From positions 165,747 to 229,746 of the IMG/VR virus record IMGVR_UViG_3300024308_000018: 64,000 nucleotides of DNA. The stretch is one strand, 5' to 3'. Shown one piece after another: positions 1 to 9,783 of the stretch. The notes under the pieces were generated by a model. The model searched no databases, had not been told where the DNA came from, and worked only from the letters and a program-made list of their open reading frames with translations. The position numbers were made by a program, and so were the translations under genes. Every line of letters begins with the position of its first letter. Position 1 is the stretch's first letter.

Positions 1-1578
1 TTCGTTGAGGTGTACCACTATGGTCGCCGTATTGCCACGACACTGGATCCAGAAAGCGGACGCGGTTACCTGAAGTTCTACTTCGACCCGACGCAGAACC
101 AGTGTCAGGATATTGTGGTGCGTGTTGTTAGTGAAGATTTCGCAGAGGTGCAGCCAGATGGCAGCAAGCCAGATGCGACTTCCGTTTACTACGGCCTGTG
201 GTGTCCGGAAACGCGCGGTGCCCGAGAGTTCCGCCACCCCTGCGGTGCTTACGAGGTAACGAGCGCGGGCCACCCGACCACTGAAGACAACTTCGACTTG
301 CAGAACAAGTTCAAGGACGACGTGTGCGGCATCCTGATCAACTGCCAAGCTGGCAACCAGAAAGCGAAGTTCGAAGTGTTCGACGTCAACGACAACCTGT
401 TGGATACTCAGATCGTGGAAGCCGGACAGACGGGCAACCTCGAATACTGGGCACCGATAGGCGACAGAGACGTTCGTTATCCTCGCGTTCACGTTACGTC
501 TGGCATCGGCTGTAGCTGGCGCTACTTCGTGCACTGCGCCATCCAGAAACCTGACGTCGAAGTTCCGTCAACTATCATCCCGTTCACTTGCGTTGAGACC
601 CCGAAGGCCGATGACCTGCCGGGCGGGAACGGCGCGTGGCGTCTGGTGGTCGATAACGTGTGGGCCGACTGGATCAGCTATCCGTGGCGCGAAGACTGCG
701 AATACTACATCGTGGGAACGAACCATGACGACATCATGGTGCGCAACATTGTTCCGTATGCACCGATTGCGATGTCGATTGGAACAACGGAAGAGATGTT
801 CTACGATGGTGGTGACAACGCTCCGCGTGTTCGTATGGGCCGTGGCAATCGCGCAGACCCTAACACTGGGTTCATCGCGTGGATGGGGATTCGGCAGGTG
901 TACGAGCGGGAAATCATTATTTCCCCGGACACTGAGGGAACGGAGTTCGATAACAGCTGGCGCATTGTAGCGAATGGCAGTGGCGCAATCCTCGGCAGCG
1001 TTGCGTGGGAACATGGCTATGAATATTTCATATTCTCGTCCGATGACCACGGAGCCCAAGAGATTTCGCAGACGCACTTCTTCATGCCGCAGCCAGATCG
1101 TTTCCCCAAGTGGCCGACAGATGATGCGCGCTGGTGTATCACAACGTCTAACTCCAACGACTTCAGTTTTTGGAAGGACAAGACGATGCGTGCTTCTCGC
1201 GCGTGGGACACCAACTACAAGACCATGATGGTAATCCGCCGTCCGATCTTCGAATCGCAAGGCGACCTCGATTATTTGGGCTGGCGCGAAGACCTCTACG
1301 ACCCGTGGGCAGAAGGTCACGCTGGACGTGCGTTCCCTTGGGTGGCCGGACGCGAATATGCGCTCTGGAACATTGCGAAGGACTACCGCACTGATCAGCA
1401 CTCGATCTGTTCGCACAACCACATCGTCGGTCTGGGCAAAAACGGTATTGCGTCGTTCGGTTACGGCAACACCAAACTCAAGTACCCAGTAGGGAACGGG
1501 ATTGAATGTTGGTACGATGACTGGTCGTGCTTCTACCTGATGTCGCGTCCGTTCGTAGTGGAAGGGCTCGATGTTTAA
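1..1578 (+). CDS. Tail-fibre/virion appendage protein, 5'-truncated, with three ~110-aa internal repeats
   Basis: Frame is open from base 1 (ttc gtt gag gtg...) to TAA at 1576-1578. Trp/Tyr-rich, with a W..[DG].EY.[IL] motif recurring at about 685, 1006 and 1339. Sits in the fibre cluster. Confidence 0.6.
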   Translation, partial: FVEVYHYGRRIATTLDPESGRGYLKFYFDPTQNQCQDIVVRVVSEDFAEVQPDGSKPDATSVYYGLWCPETRGAREFRHPCGAYEVTSAGHPTTEDNFDLQNKFKDDVCGILINCQAGNQKAKFEVFDVNDNLLDTQIVEAGQTGNLEYWAPIGDRDVRYPRVHVTSGIGCSWRYFVHCAIQKPDVEVPSTIIPFTCVETPKADDLPGGNGAWRLVVDNVWADWISYPWREDCEYYIVGTNHDDIMVRNIVPYAPIAMSIGTTEEMFYDGGDNAPRVRMGRGNRADPNTGFIAWMGIRQVYEREIIISPDTEGTEFDNSWRIVANGSGAILGSVAWEHGYEYFIFSSDDHGAQEISQTHFFMPQPDRFPKWPTDDARWCITTSNSNDFSFWKDKTMRASRAWDTNYKTMMVIRRPIFESQGDLDYLGWREDLYDPWAEGHAGRAFPWVAGREYALWNIAKDYRTDQHSICSHNHIVGLGKNGIASFGYGNTKLKYPVGNGIECWYDDWSCFYLMSRPFVVEGLDV

Positions 1579-1580
1579 CG

Positions 1581-1602
1581 AGGGGGCTTCGGCCCCTTCT
1601 TT
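1581..1602 (+). terminator. GC hairpin with UUCG loop (weak intrinsic terminator or RNA stabiliser)
   Basis: GGGGC-TTCG-GCCCC followed by TTCTTT, directly after a stop codon and just before the GGAG RBS at 1603. Confidence 0.6.
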
Positions 1603-1613
1603 GGAGAATTTGG

Positions 1614-4600
1614 ATGTCAAACCTCTGCACGTTTACCAGACCACTTGCGTGCGCTTGGTCTGGGAACCATAACCCGTTAGCGGGCAAGGCATCGTTGATG
1701 GCGGACACACAACCAGCCACCAACATGTGGACAGCGTTCGCGATCCGTAACGAGCAGACTGCTGGCTACTGCTTCGGCTACGGATCAGCATTCATGAATG
1801 GATACTTCGATTCCAAAGACCGTCCGGTAGGCAACGGAATTTTTGGCGACTTCAGCAAACCCGAGTACCTGACACAAGGTGCTATGGTGCAGCTGAAGAT
1901 TGCACTATCGTTGGCGGCACGCGTCGAGCGCGGATCCATGACGCTTGTCCTTAACGACTCGCCTGATTGGGCGAACCATCTCACCAACATGGACGGCAAC
2001 GCCAAATCCTACGGGCAGCTCATGAAGTATTTGAGCGCCACGGAGCCGATGGCAATGCTGACCATGAACGAACTTCAAAACGGCGCACTCAACTACGACG
2101 GCACCGTTGCATTCTTCGAGAAGTTCAAGCGCATCATCATTCTGCTTAGCGGTTCCCCAAACTGGCTAGTAGGTGACGCGCTGTGTAAAAACCTGTCCGA
2201 CGCAATCGGACGCGGAGCCCCAGTCGTCTGCGTGCACGCCGATGGGTACAGTTGGAATTCCAATCACACGTTCAACCGCATTTTTGGTGTGGTTGGAATG
2301 CAAGTGGCAGGTGCCAACTACACCCACCTTTACGCGGAAGCCATCACTGACTACAAGAACATCTATGGCGATGACTTGTCATGGAAGTCGATCACGTCAC
2401 TGTACGGCGGGCGTCGCATGTTCATCTCTGGGGCTGCGGCGTACAGCCACTCGCGCTCCATGCCTACGGCGGGGCTCGACGGCTTCCCCGGCACGTGGGC
2501 TCAAGGTGTTTGTGTTGACGTGCCGTTTACCGACAGCATCTACATTCCGAACATCGTGGTGTTCCGGCCGAACTGTTGTTACAACGAAGGCGACGTGTAC
2601 TCCATGGAGTTCGACGTTCCGGCCACCGTGGTAAAGCCCACCGACTTCAAGACGGATCTGGCGAACGGGATTCTACACTTCGACTGGTGGCACGAACTTC
2701 AGACCGCCGAGCACGCACCGGAAGTCCTTCACGTTCGGGCACGCGGGTGGCATGTGGGCGGTGGCATGACGTACACCACTAATGCCATCCGTTACCGTGG
2801 AAGCAAGTGGGATGCACAGCGCAGCTACAACGTCATGGTGTTCAGCCGTGCGACTGGCGATGTGCTGGACTACCGCTCATTCGACGTGTACGGCAACGCG
2901 GCGAAAGCCGCAGAGTGTGCGGCTTTCCTCAATGCGCAGGACGCCAGCCGCATCGTGTTGGTGGTGACCAGCGACGAGCCGACCCGTAACTTGACTGCCG
3001 AGTTGCAGAGTGCGCTGATTCGCATTGGTGCGGGGGCCGCAACGCTACGCAAAATGAAAGTGCGTAGTGCCTACATGCTGCTCGGTATTCCCGGCGTGCC
3101 CGTGGGGATCGAGCGGTACAAGGGGGCCATGGATGAAGACCCGAACGCCGTAGTGGATGCAGCGTTTGACTTCCGCCCCGACGGTGCCCGCCCCATCGAG
3201 CCGCGCATGTCGGACACCACAGGCAAAGTGATTGTCGCAACGTTGCAGGGTATTGCGGAGCGTGCGTTGTTCCAAGCCAACTGGGATTCGTACCAAAACC
3301 AGAAGGCCATCGGCAATCCGGCGGTCGCAGCATTCAACGCCCGCTGGGTGAAGAACGCGCTGAACTGGATTCGACGCGGAACCACGATGGAAGTTCTGTT
3401 CGTGCCGACCAAGATGGCGACCACTGGCGACTGGAATCCGATGAACACGGATCCCAACGGCTGCTCGTCCATCATGGACTACATCAGGGCTGCTGGATTC
3501 AACGTGTCGGTGCTCGACCACACCAAGATCAGCAAACCCGTCGCCAGTGCCTACGGCAAGTACGACGTCGTGGTGTTCTGGGCAGCAGGTGGTGGCTCCG
3601 ATGATCCGGCGCGCATGCAGATTCTGATGCCTGTGCTGCAAACCGTGGTCAAGGGCGGCGCTGGGCTGTTCGCGATTTCTGATACCGCGCACCCGACGAT
3701 GAATGCGCTGGCTGACATGTACTCGGTGCAAACGAACTTCGTTGCGGGCATCCAACCGGATTCCTTCAACGTGGAGCGTGCGCGTGCCCAACATGGTGAC
3801 CACGTGATATTCGAGGGCCTGCAAGGCTCGTTCGCCAATGACAGCGCAGCTGGCGGTTTCCTCACCCAGACCCGTTTGCTTTGGCCGTACTGTGTGGACG
3901 GTGAGGCGTTGGAAGTTGTGCAGCTAAAGGAGAACGGACGTATCGCGCGTTTCCGCTACACCAAGATCCTCGACGGCATGGATAACCGCAAAGTCTTTAC
4001 CCTCGACGCATGGACGAAGCTCACTGACCTGCGCTTTAAGAAGATCGACATGAGTGACACCGACAAGTGGCCGCTCACAATCGAGATGCCGTGCGCATTG
4101 GTCGATGACGTTCCGCAGTACCGCATCGACGACGTGGAAGTCGAGGAAGGTAACAGCGGCCACACTCAAGCAGTGTTCACCGTGTCACTTGCGTGGCCCC
4201 TGCGCGGGCGTCCCGCTATCATCAGCTGGAAAGTTGTTGATGGTACAGCAACCACGGCGATCAGCAGCAACGCGGAGAAGATGCCGAAGTCGCTTCTGAT
4301 TGACGAGCATGGGAACTGGCACTCGGTTTACATTGAGTATGATCTGGTGCGCATTGCTGCTGATGGCGCGTTCCCCAAGTTCTACAACGGGACAATGCTG
4401 TCTGGTTCGTGGCAGCGCCGCTACTTCAAGAACATACTGGACTGGATGCAACGGGGTCGCGCGAAACGCCGTGTGCTGTTCCTTGGCGACCAAGCGGACG
4501 TCAACGTGAACTACGCGACGCTAGGCGCTAAGGGTGTCGACTTCGGTGACGCAGTGCCAGCCACTATCCGCGAAGCAGGGTACACAGTGGACTCCATGGT

Positions 4601-5636
4601 GTGGCAGAACTTCTACGGCGGCAAGCCCTCCGTTGATAACTTCCTTGTCTATGACTCCATCGTGTTTATCAGCTCTACGACTGGAGCCAGCACTGCGATT
4701 CCGCCGCAGTTCTCCAAGAACATGGAGGCCGCTGTCCGCAAGGGCATGGGGCTGTTCGCAATTACTGACCACGATGTGTTCACGAAATCGTTCACCAGCA
4801 TCATGAACCGTTTCGGTGTCCGCATCTACAATGACCCGACTGAAGCAAGCATGGTGTACCTCGACCAGTGCCGAGCAGCGCTTGAAAACAAAGCGCTGCT
4901 CGAAGGCATTACGATTCCGGTATTCCAAGCGCCCGGTTCGATCTCGGCGTTCATTGTCGACCCAGCTGTTATGGCACCGCCTGATCTCGACCCGCCGTTC
5001 AGTGGGGAGTTGATCTTCTCTCAGAACGAGATTCAGAAGCAGATTGCCATCAACGTAATAGGCGAGCTGTTGCCTGAAGATGACGAGTTCTTCTACGTCG
5101 ACTTGTTCAATCAGAGTCGCGGGGACATCATTAAGGGCCGTGGCGTTGGCACCATCATCAACGACGATGGCGATCTGTTCAACACCAGACAGCTCGACAA
5201 GATTGTTTCGTGGAGTGGTTACATTGCGGGTGGGGATTGGCCCACTGTACCAGACGTCAGCCTGTTCCTGATTCCTGTTCCCGCGAAGTACGGGCACACC
5301 GAAGAGGGCGGCACCGTCTGGATTTCTACAGACAGGGTGGACGTTGTTCAAGCTGACCGCAGTGGGTGGAACGCTACGTACAAGTTTACCGTGGGACGTC
5401 AGACGGCGTGCACCATTCGCATTGTCGACGATGACTCAAGCAACACCAAGATCTACAACTCCGCAGGCGGTCTTGTGTTCGAGTGGGGCTCGGGTGGTGG
5501 TGGGTCGTCCATGCAGCAACCGTTGTTGCTCCAAGCAGATGAATACACCGTTGTCTGCTGGGTACACAACGATGCGAACGGCAATGACTATTGGAGCAAC
5601 CCCGGCTACTTGGGCGTCTCAATAAGGAGAGCATGA
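1614..5636 (+). CDS. Large multidomain tail-fibre/adhesin protein (1340 aa): three GATase/flavodoxin-like repeats, an ILEI/GG-type lectin domain and a split Calx-beta domain
   Basis: GGAG RBS at 1603 supports ATG 1614 rather than 1527. ILEI-like segment (RSYNVMVF...SFDVYG...VLVVTSDEP...RSAYMLLG, about 2800-3170). Calx-beta halves (IDDVEVEEGNSG...VVDGTA and SGELIF...EDDEFFYVDL...GVGTIINDD). Confidence 0.75.
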   Translation: MSNLCTFTRPLACAWSGNHNPLAGKASLMADTQPATNMWTAFAIRNEQTAGYCFGYGSAFMNGYFDSKDRPVGNGIFGDFSKPEYLTQGAMVQLKIALSLAARVERGSMTLVLNDSPDWANHLTNMDGNAKSYGQLMKYLSATEPMAMLTMNELQNGALNYDGTVAFFEKFKRIIILLSGSPNWLVGDALCKNLSDAIGRGAPVVCVHADGYSWNSNHTFNRIFGVVGMQVAGANYTHLYAEAITDYKNIYGDDLSWKSITSLYGGRRMFISGAAAYSHSRSMPTAGLDGFPGTWAQGVCVDVPFTDSIYIPNIVVFRPNCCYNEGDVYSMEFDVPATVVKPTDFKTDLANGILHFDWWHELQTAEHAPEVLHVRARGWHVGGGMTYTTNAIRYRGSKWDAQRSYNVMVFSRATGDVLDYRSFDVYGNAAKAAECAAFLNAQDASRIVLVVTSDEPTRNLTAELQSALIRIGAGAATLRKMKVRSAYMLLGIPGVPVGIERYKGAMDEDPNAVVDAAFDFRPDGARPIEPRMSDTTGKVIVATLQGIAERALFQANWDSYQNQKAIGNPAVAAFNARWVKNALNWIRRGTTMEVLFVPTKMATTGDWNPMNTDPNGCSSIMDYIRAAGFNVSVLDHTKISKPVASAYGKYDVVVFWAAGGGSDDPARMQILMPVLQTVVKGGAGLFAISDTAHPTMNALADMYSVQTNFVAGIQPDSFNVERARAQHGDHVIFEGLQGSFANDSAAGGFLTQTRLLWPYCVDGEALEVVQLKENGRIARFRYTKILDGMDNRKVFTLDAWTKLTDLRFKKIDMSDTDKWPLTIEMPCALVDDVPQYRIDDVEVEEGNSGHTQAVFTVSLAWPLRGRPAIISWKVVDGTATTAISSNAEKMPKSLLIDEHGNWHSVYIEYDLVRIAADGAFPKFYNGTMLSGSWQRRYFKNILDWMQRGRAKRRVLFLGDQADVNVNYATLGAKGVDFGDAVPATIREAGYTVDSMVWQNFYGGKPSVDNFLVYDSIVFISSTTGASTAIPPQFSKNMEAAVRKGMGLFAITDHDVFTKSFTSIMNRFGVRIYNDPTEASMVYLDQCRAALENKALLEGITIPVFQAPGSISAFIVDPAVMAPPDLDPPFSGELIFSQNEIQKQIAINVIGELLPEDDEFFYVDLFNQSRGDIIKGRGVGTIINDDGDLFNTRQLDKIVSWSGYIAGGDWPTVPDVSLFLIPVPAKYGHTEEGGTVWISTDRVDVVQADRSGWNATYKFTVGRQTACTIRIVDDDSSNTKIYNSAGGLVFEWGSGGGGSSMQQPLLLQADEYTVVCWVHNDANGNDYWSNPGYLGVSIRRA

Positions 5637-5860
5637 TGGCAGCGTATGGAGTTTTAGCAATCCGCGACCCTGCGACAGGCAACTGGTACGATAATTTACG
5701 TGAACGTGGTTATCGTGTGCGATATTTGGATCCCGCGCTGGGATCCTTTCGCTGGGTTCTCATGACCGTGAACAACACGCGAATCAGAAATCCCGAGCAT
5801 AACCCAGCTGTGCACCAACCAAACGATCCGGTGTATCCGAAATGGACAACTCCGGTCTAA
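5633..5860 (+). CDS. Small hypothetical virion-associated protein (75 aa)
   Basis: AAGGAG RBS and ATGA overlap with the upstream stop. Confidence 0.6.
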   Translation: MMAAYGVLAIRDPATGNWYDNLRERGYRVRYLDPALGSFRWVLMTVNNTRIRNPEHNPAVHQPNDPVYPKWTTPV

Positions 5861-5871
5861 GGAAATAGACG

Positions 5872-6696
5872 ATGGTAATGCAGAAGATTAACACCTCCAT
5901 GATCGACGCTTCCGCTGCGGAAGAAGGCTCGCGCCTTGAAGTCGCTGGCGGTGGCACTGCGGACTTCGTACCTCCCGGTGCTAGTGACCCGTTATTTGAA
6001 GGCGATGCCGCTTACAACTATGACCCTGAAACCGGAACGTTGACTGTCTCGTACCCAGACGGACGCCAGCAATCGGTGAAAGGATTCGTGCGGACGAGTG
6101 ACCTTCAACAAGCAATGCGTGGTGCGCCGGGGCTTCCGGGTGCGCCGGGCACGCCGGGGAAAGACGGACGCGCAGGGCGAGACGGAGAGCAGGGCTGTCA
6201 GGGGCGAAAGGGTGACCGTGGGCGGATGGGCCCAACTGGTGGGACGGGCCCTCGCGGCTCGACTGGTAACACTGGCCCCACTGGTGATACTGGCCCCACT
6301 GGCCCCGATGGCCCTCCCGGCAAGGACGCGGTGAAAGCAGATTATACCGTCGTGCAGTACGTGGATCCCGATACCGAGATCCCATACGAGCAAGCATACT
6401 CCGGCTACGATCATGATGTGATGACTGGTCGCATTACGAACGGCGGGCGAGTGATTGCGCGTGCACTGCGCGATACTATAAACGTGACGTTCCAAAAGCC
6501 GTTTCAGAACCACGTACTGTCCGTGACCATTACGTTCATGGACATGACTACGAATCAAGCCAAGACGTTCAAGTTGTATAACCACGCGCGCAAAGATGGC
6601 ACGTTTGAAAACAGCATGCTTGGTGGGTTCGTGATCAAGTGCTCGGGGGTGAACACGGCGGACTGGGATTTCTTCTACACCGCAATAGGGGATTAA
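5872..6696 (+). CDS. Collagen-like tail fibre/whisker protein
   Basis: 23 uninterrupted Gly-X-Y triplets (6121-6327). C-terminal beta domain resembles phage fibre tips. Confidence 0.8.
   Translation: MVMQKINTSMIDASAAEEGSRLEVAGGGTADFVPPGASDPLFEGDAAYNYDPETGTLTVSYPDGRQQSVKGFVRTSDLQQAMRGAPGLPGAPGTPGKDGRAGRDGEQGCQGRKGDRGRMGPTGGTGPRGSTGNTGPTGDTGPTGPDGPPGKDAVKADYTVVQYVDPDTEIPYEQAYSGYDHDVMTGRITNGGRVIARALRDTINVTFQKPFQNHVLSVTITFMDMTTNQAKTFKLYNHARKDGTFENSMLGGFVIKCSGVNTADWDFFYTAIGD
6121..6327 (+). repeat. Collagen Gly-X-Y repeat (23 triplets)
   Basis: Translation GAPGLPGAPGTPGKD...GPTGPDGPPGKD. Confidence 0.9.
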
Positions 6697-6697
6697 A

Positions 6698-7477
6698 ATG
6701 TCGAGCGTTCAGGGATTTGCCGCTTCCTTGTATAACCTCGCACTAGAGAGTGGGCTGCAAAACGGCCCACTTGTCTATCAGGTTCGTGCAGGGACGGATA
6801 AGTACGTCGTGGTTTCCAATGTGGAGCCCACGGAGTTGGTACTGCCGCTGAATATCCTTTGGGTGCATCTGGAAAACGGTACGCCTACGCTGCTGCGTCG
6901 CGTATCGAAAGAAGCTGGCTCCGGCACGCTTCACACATGGGCACCCGAAACCAACTACGATGCAATCTTCACCACGGAAAATGTTTGGGCACCCGAAGAC
7001 CAAGTTGTGCGCTCCGCTAATTTAGTGGAAGGTGGGCAGCTAACTGGCCCATTGTATCCTGTGGCGAAAGACGTCTACGAAGAAACTGAAGTGCCTCCGG
7101 TTAGCTGGGTGCGGAAGTTCGTAAACGGCGTTCGCAACTCTCTGATGTCCATGTACCAGAACATGAACAACCGAGTGCTGTACGATGACCAGCGGATTCG
7201 TGCTCTTACGTTGCGGACGGAAGAGACGGTTGCGCGGGTACAAACGCTGGAAGGCAGCGCCTCCAACAACCAACATCTGCACTCGCAAGAGATGGAATCA
7301 GGCGTCTGGGTTGTCGACCACGGATTTGGCCCCGACATGATCGTGACCATTTTTGTGACTGACAGTAATGGGGATAATATATGGCCCGACAGAGTGCAAA
7401 GAGAGGGCGATACGCACGTAGTGTATTTCTCGCTTGCGCTATCTGGCTATGCGTTGGCAATTGGAATGAAGCCGTAG
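6698..7477 (+). CDS. Virion structural protein with coiled coil and a C-terminal small beta-domain
   Basis: Follows the collagen gene closely. C-terminal HSQ...WVVDHG module is shared with the 9784, 11547 and 12165 genes. Confidence 0.6.
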   Translation: MSSVQGFAASLYNLALESGLQNGPLVYQVRAGTDKYVVVSNVEPTELVLPLNILWVHLENGTPTLLRRVSKEAGSGTLHTWAPETNYDAIFTTENVWAPEDQVVRSANLVEGGQLTGPLYPVAKDVYEETEVPPVSWVRKFVNGVRNSLMSMYQNMNNRVLYDDQRIRALTLRTEETVARVQTLEGSASNNQHLHSQEMESGVWVVDHGFGPDMIVTIFVTDSNGDNIWPDRVQREGDTHVVYFSLALSGYALAIGMKP

Positions 7478-8280
7478 CTGGCCCGCGCACCATTCTCGTA
7501 ATCCGCAGTGAGTCGGTTTCACCTTACAGCGGCACGCAGTATGGTGCGCAATTGCTTGGCAGCGGCTACACTCACGTGATTACCCTGTACCTGCCGAGTG
7601 CAGCGAACGGCAACACGTGGATCAGTGACCAATATGAAGCGCGTATTCTGGAAGCGGTAAAAAGGTGGCAACCAGAATTGGTAGTGTCTGCCGAAATCGA
7701 CTTGGACAATTTCCCGACCTTGCGCACTGCCCTCGGCCCCAAACTTCGCACCGTGAAGCCTTTGGGGGTATTGGACGTAGCGCGTTCGTCGTTCGAGCGA
7801 CTGCATAAGTTCCTCGTTACTACGGGGATCAGCGACCGCAAGTTCTATCTCCTGTACCGACCGGAGTATGGGCCGCTGTATGATGACGTCGCTCGCGAAT
7901 CAGGGTTCAAGTCACTGGAGCCCATCGCGGTCTCCACGCTCGGCGAACTGAAGTCCGCGCTCGCCAGTATTCCACGCGACGACAACGTTGCAATCATCAA
8001 TGCTTTGACGCACGTAGAGGACATAGAGTTCAACTACGCGCTGCTCGGCCCGAAGGTAGCGAGTATCATTCGTCGCACGGGCTTGCTCGACCTGAGTGTG
8101 ATTGACAGTGCCCCCGGTGCTGTGAGCGTGCGACATAGTGCCGCACAGATCAACTTTGAGGCGAGTACCATCACAGCAGGTAACGTTGTTCTGTGTGTGG
8201 ATCCAAAGCGTCTGCGCGCCCTTGGTCTCAAAGAGGTCTACGTTGTAGGGTTCGCTGACATAGATTCCATCACTCAATAA
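7381..8280 (+). CDS. Putative secreted periplasmic-binding-protein-like protein
   Basis: 299-aa ORF with a signal-peptide-like N-terminus (basic, hydrophobic, AVA) encoded within a 97-nt overlap. Alpha/beta pattern reminiscent of ABC substrate-binding proteins. Confidence 0.45.
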   Translation: MARQSAKRGRYARSVFLACAIWLCVGNWNEAVAGPRTILVIRSESVSPYSGTQYGAQLLGSGYTHVITLYLPSAANGNTWISDQYEARILEAVKRWQPELVVSAEIDLDNFPTLRTALGPKLRTVKPLGVLDVARSSFERLHKFLVTTGISDRKFYLLYRPEYGPLYDDVARESGFKSLEPIAVSTLGELKSALASIPRDDNVAIINALTHVEDIEFNYALLGPKVASIIRRTGLLDLSVIDSAPGAVSVRHSAAQINFEASTITAGNVVLCVDPKRLRALGLKEVYVVGFADIDSITQ

Positions 8281-8294
8281 TTTGAAGGCACACA

Positions 8295-8585
8295 ATGGAC
8301 GATAAAATCGTGGCCCTCGTCAGACGCGCATTGATTGTTGCCGCAATAGTCCTGCTCGGTTCTGTCGTGTGGACGGGTTCTCGTAGCCGTGAGCCCTCAC
8401 CATCTTCAGCTGACGAGCAGGTGTTTTGCGCGTCGGCCATCTGTTTCTACGATTCGGTTAGAGGCAAGGAATGCCTCGACTTCCAACCTACAGTCAGCAA
8501 GCTCATTCCAGTACCGGACGTTCGCGGCGATAGCGTTCGGCTGGTAATCGAAGCGACTGGGAAAGAATGCAAGGAACGAAGATGA
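8295..8585 (+). CDS. Small membrane-anchored protein
   Basis: N-terminal TM segment (ALIVAAIVLLGSVVW), AAGG RBS, periplasmic Cys residues. Confidence 0.6.
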   Translation: MDDKIVALVRRALIVAAIVLLGSVVWTGSRSREPSPSSADEQVFCASAICFYDSVRGKECLDFQPTVSKLIPVPDVRGDSVRLVIEATGKECKERR

Positions 8586-9031
8586 TGGACTTCATTCAAA
8601 CCCTGCTTAACGGAAACTTCGCTACCGTAATCTCGGTCTTGATCTCAGCCGCGCTTATCGCGTTTACGTGGTACATTGCGTTGCCTGCGATCACGGAAAG
8701 AAACCAACTGCGAGAGCAGCTGAAGGAAAACCACTCACCTGAGCGCGTGGAAAATCTGGTTGAGCGCATGTCCGAGGAACTAGCTTCGGTCACGCAGCAA
8801 ATGACGGAGTTGAGTCGAGTTCTTGCAGAGATGCAAACTCACGCTACCGTTACCTCGCGTGCTGAAGGAACGGCACAGGCCGAGTTGTATACGCTGCTGG
8901 ATGAAATACGCCAGCAGATGCACAACCTTGCCACCCGCTTCGTCAGCTTAACCAACACCGTTAACGCAATGGGTGGACAACGCCAAGTGCCGCGTTCACC
9001 TGACGGCCTTAACGTTCGAGGACTCAGATAG
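8582..9031 (+). CDS. Membrane protein with a long coiled coil
   Basis: AAGGA RBS, ATGA overlap, TM segment VISVLISAALIAFTWYIAL followed by heptads. Confidence 0.65.
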   Translation: MMDFIQTLLNGNFATVISVLISAALIAFTWYIALPAITERNQLREQLKENHSPERVENLVERMSEELASVTQQMTELSRVLAEMQTHATVTSRAEGTAQAELYTLLDEIRQQMHNLATRFVSLTNTVNAMGGQRQVPRSPDGLNVRGLR

Positions 9032-9771
9032 TGAGTAAATATCTCCGAAACAACATAGGCTTTCGCCGCAGCAGTGCAGCGCAGTATGCTGGATTCTATA
9101 GCGCTAAGTCCTATATGCTCGGGGAGATTCTTGATGGGCCCAAATCCAACATCTTCTCCCCAACGGCCCGCGAGATACTGCTTCAGTATTTCTCGGCAAT
9201 GGAGCTTCTTCTCCGTGACATCGAAGTTGCTTTCATCGCGTGTAGCGATGGGGTGGTCTCTGATGTCGCGGTCTCGAAGTGTAAGGTGTCGGCTCGGGAA
9301 TTCAGTTCGAGCCTGCACCAAATCATTAAAGATAACCCGCAAGACTTCGACCCAGTGTTTGCTGAGCCGTGGGCTGCGGTGGTCGCTGAATCTGCTACGC
9401 CGTTGCTGGATGCCGCGCGTGACCTTCTCGAAGGTGACATCGAATCCGCGTTCTGCATGGCAGTTGGCTTCTGCACGTCGTACCTCAATCACATCATGTT
9501 CATCTTGCATGAGCTGGTGTGCTTGCTAAATGGCGCGGCACCAATCCTGTACCTGAGTGACATTGACATTCGGATTCAGGCCCGAAAATCTTACAGCTTG
9601 TCCCGCGCCCGCTTGAACGTGTACCGCACATTCAACCTGCTGAAGGATGACGCTGAGATCAAAGTTCTATGCGAGTTCGATGACGCAAAGGTGCGTGACG
9701 ACGAGCGTAGTTTGGTGGCGTACAGAGCACTCCTTGATTCTGTATCCACCTACTCACTGAAACTGTCTTAA
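9031..9771 (+). CDS. Hypothetical helical protein
   Basis: 246-aa ORF with GTG overlapping the upstream TAG. Confidence 0.6.
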   Translation: MSKYLRNNIGFRRSSAAQYAGFYSAKSYMLGEILDGPKSNIFSPTAREILLQYFSAMELLLRDIEVAFIACSDGVVSDVAVSKCKVSAREFSSSLHQIIKDNPQDFDPVFAEPWAAVVAESATPLLDAARDLLEGDIESAFCMAVGFCTSYLNHIMFILHELVCLLNGAAPILYLSDIDIRIQARKSYSLSRARLNVYRTFNLLKDDAEIKVLCEFDDAKVRDDERSLVAYRALLDSVSTYSLKLS

Positions 9772-9783
9772 CGGAGAGACAAC

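Noticed and set aside
1527-1613. Extended N-terminus of the 1369-aa ORF
   Set aside because: Overlaps the upstream gene and a hairpin. The GGAG RBS supports ATG 1614.
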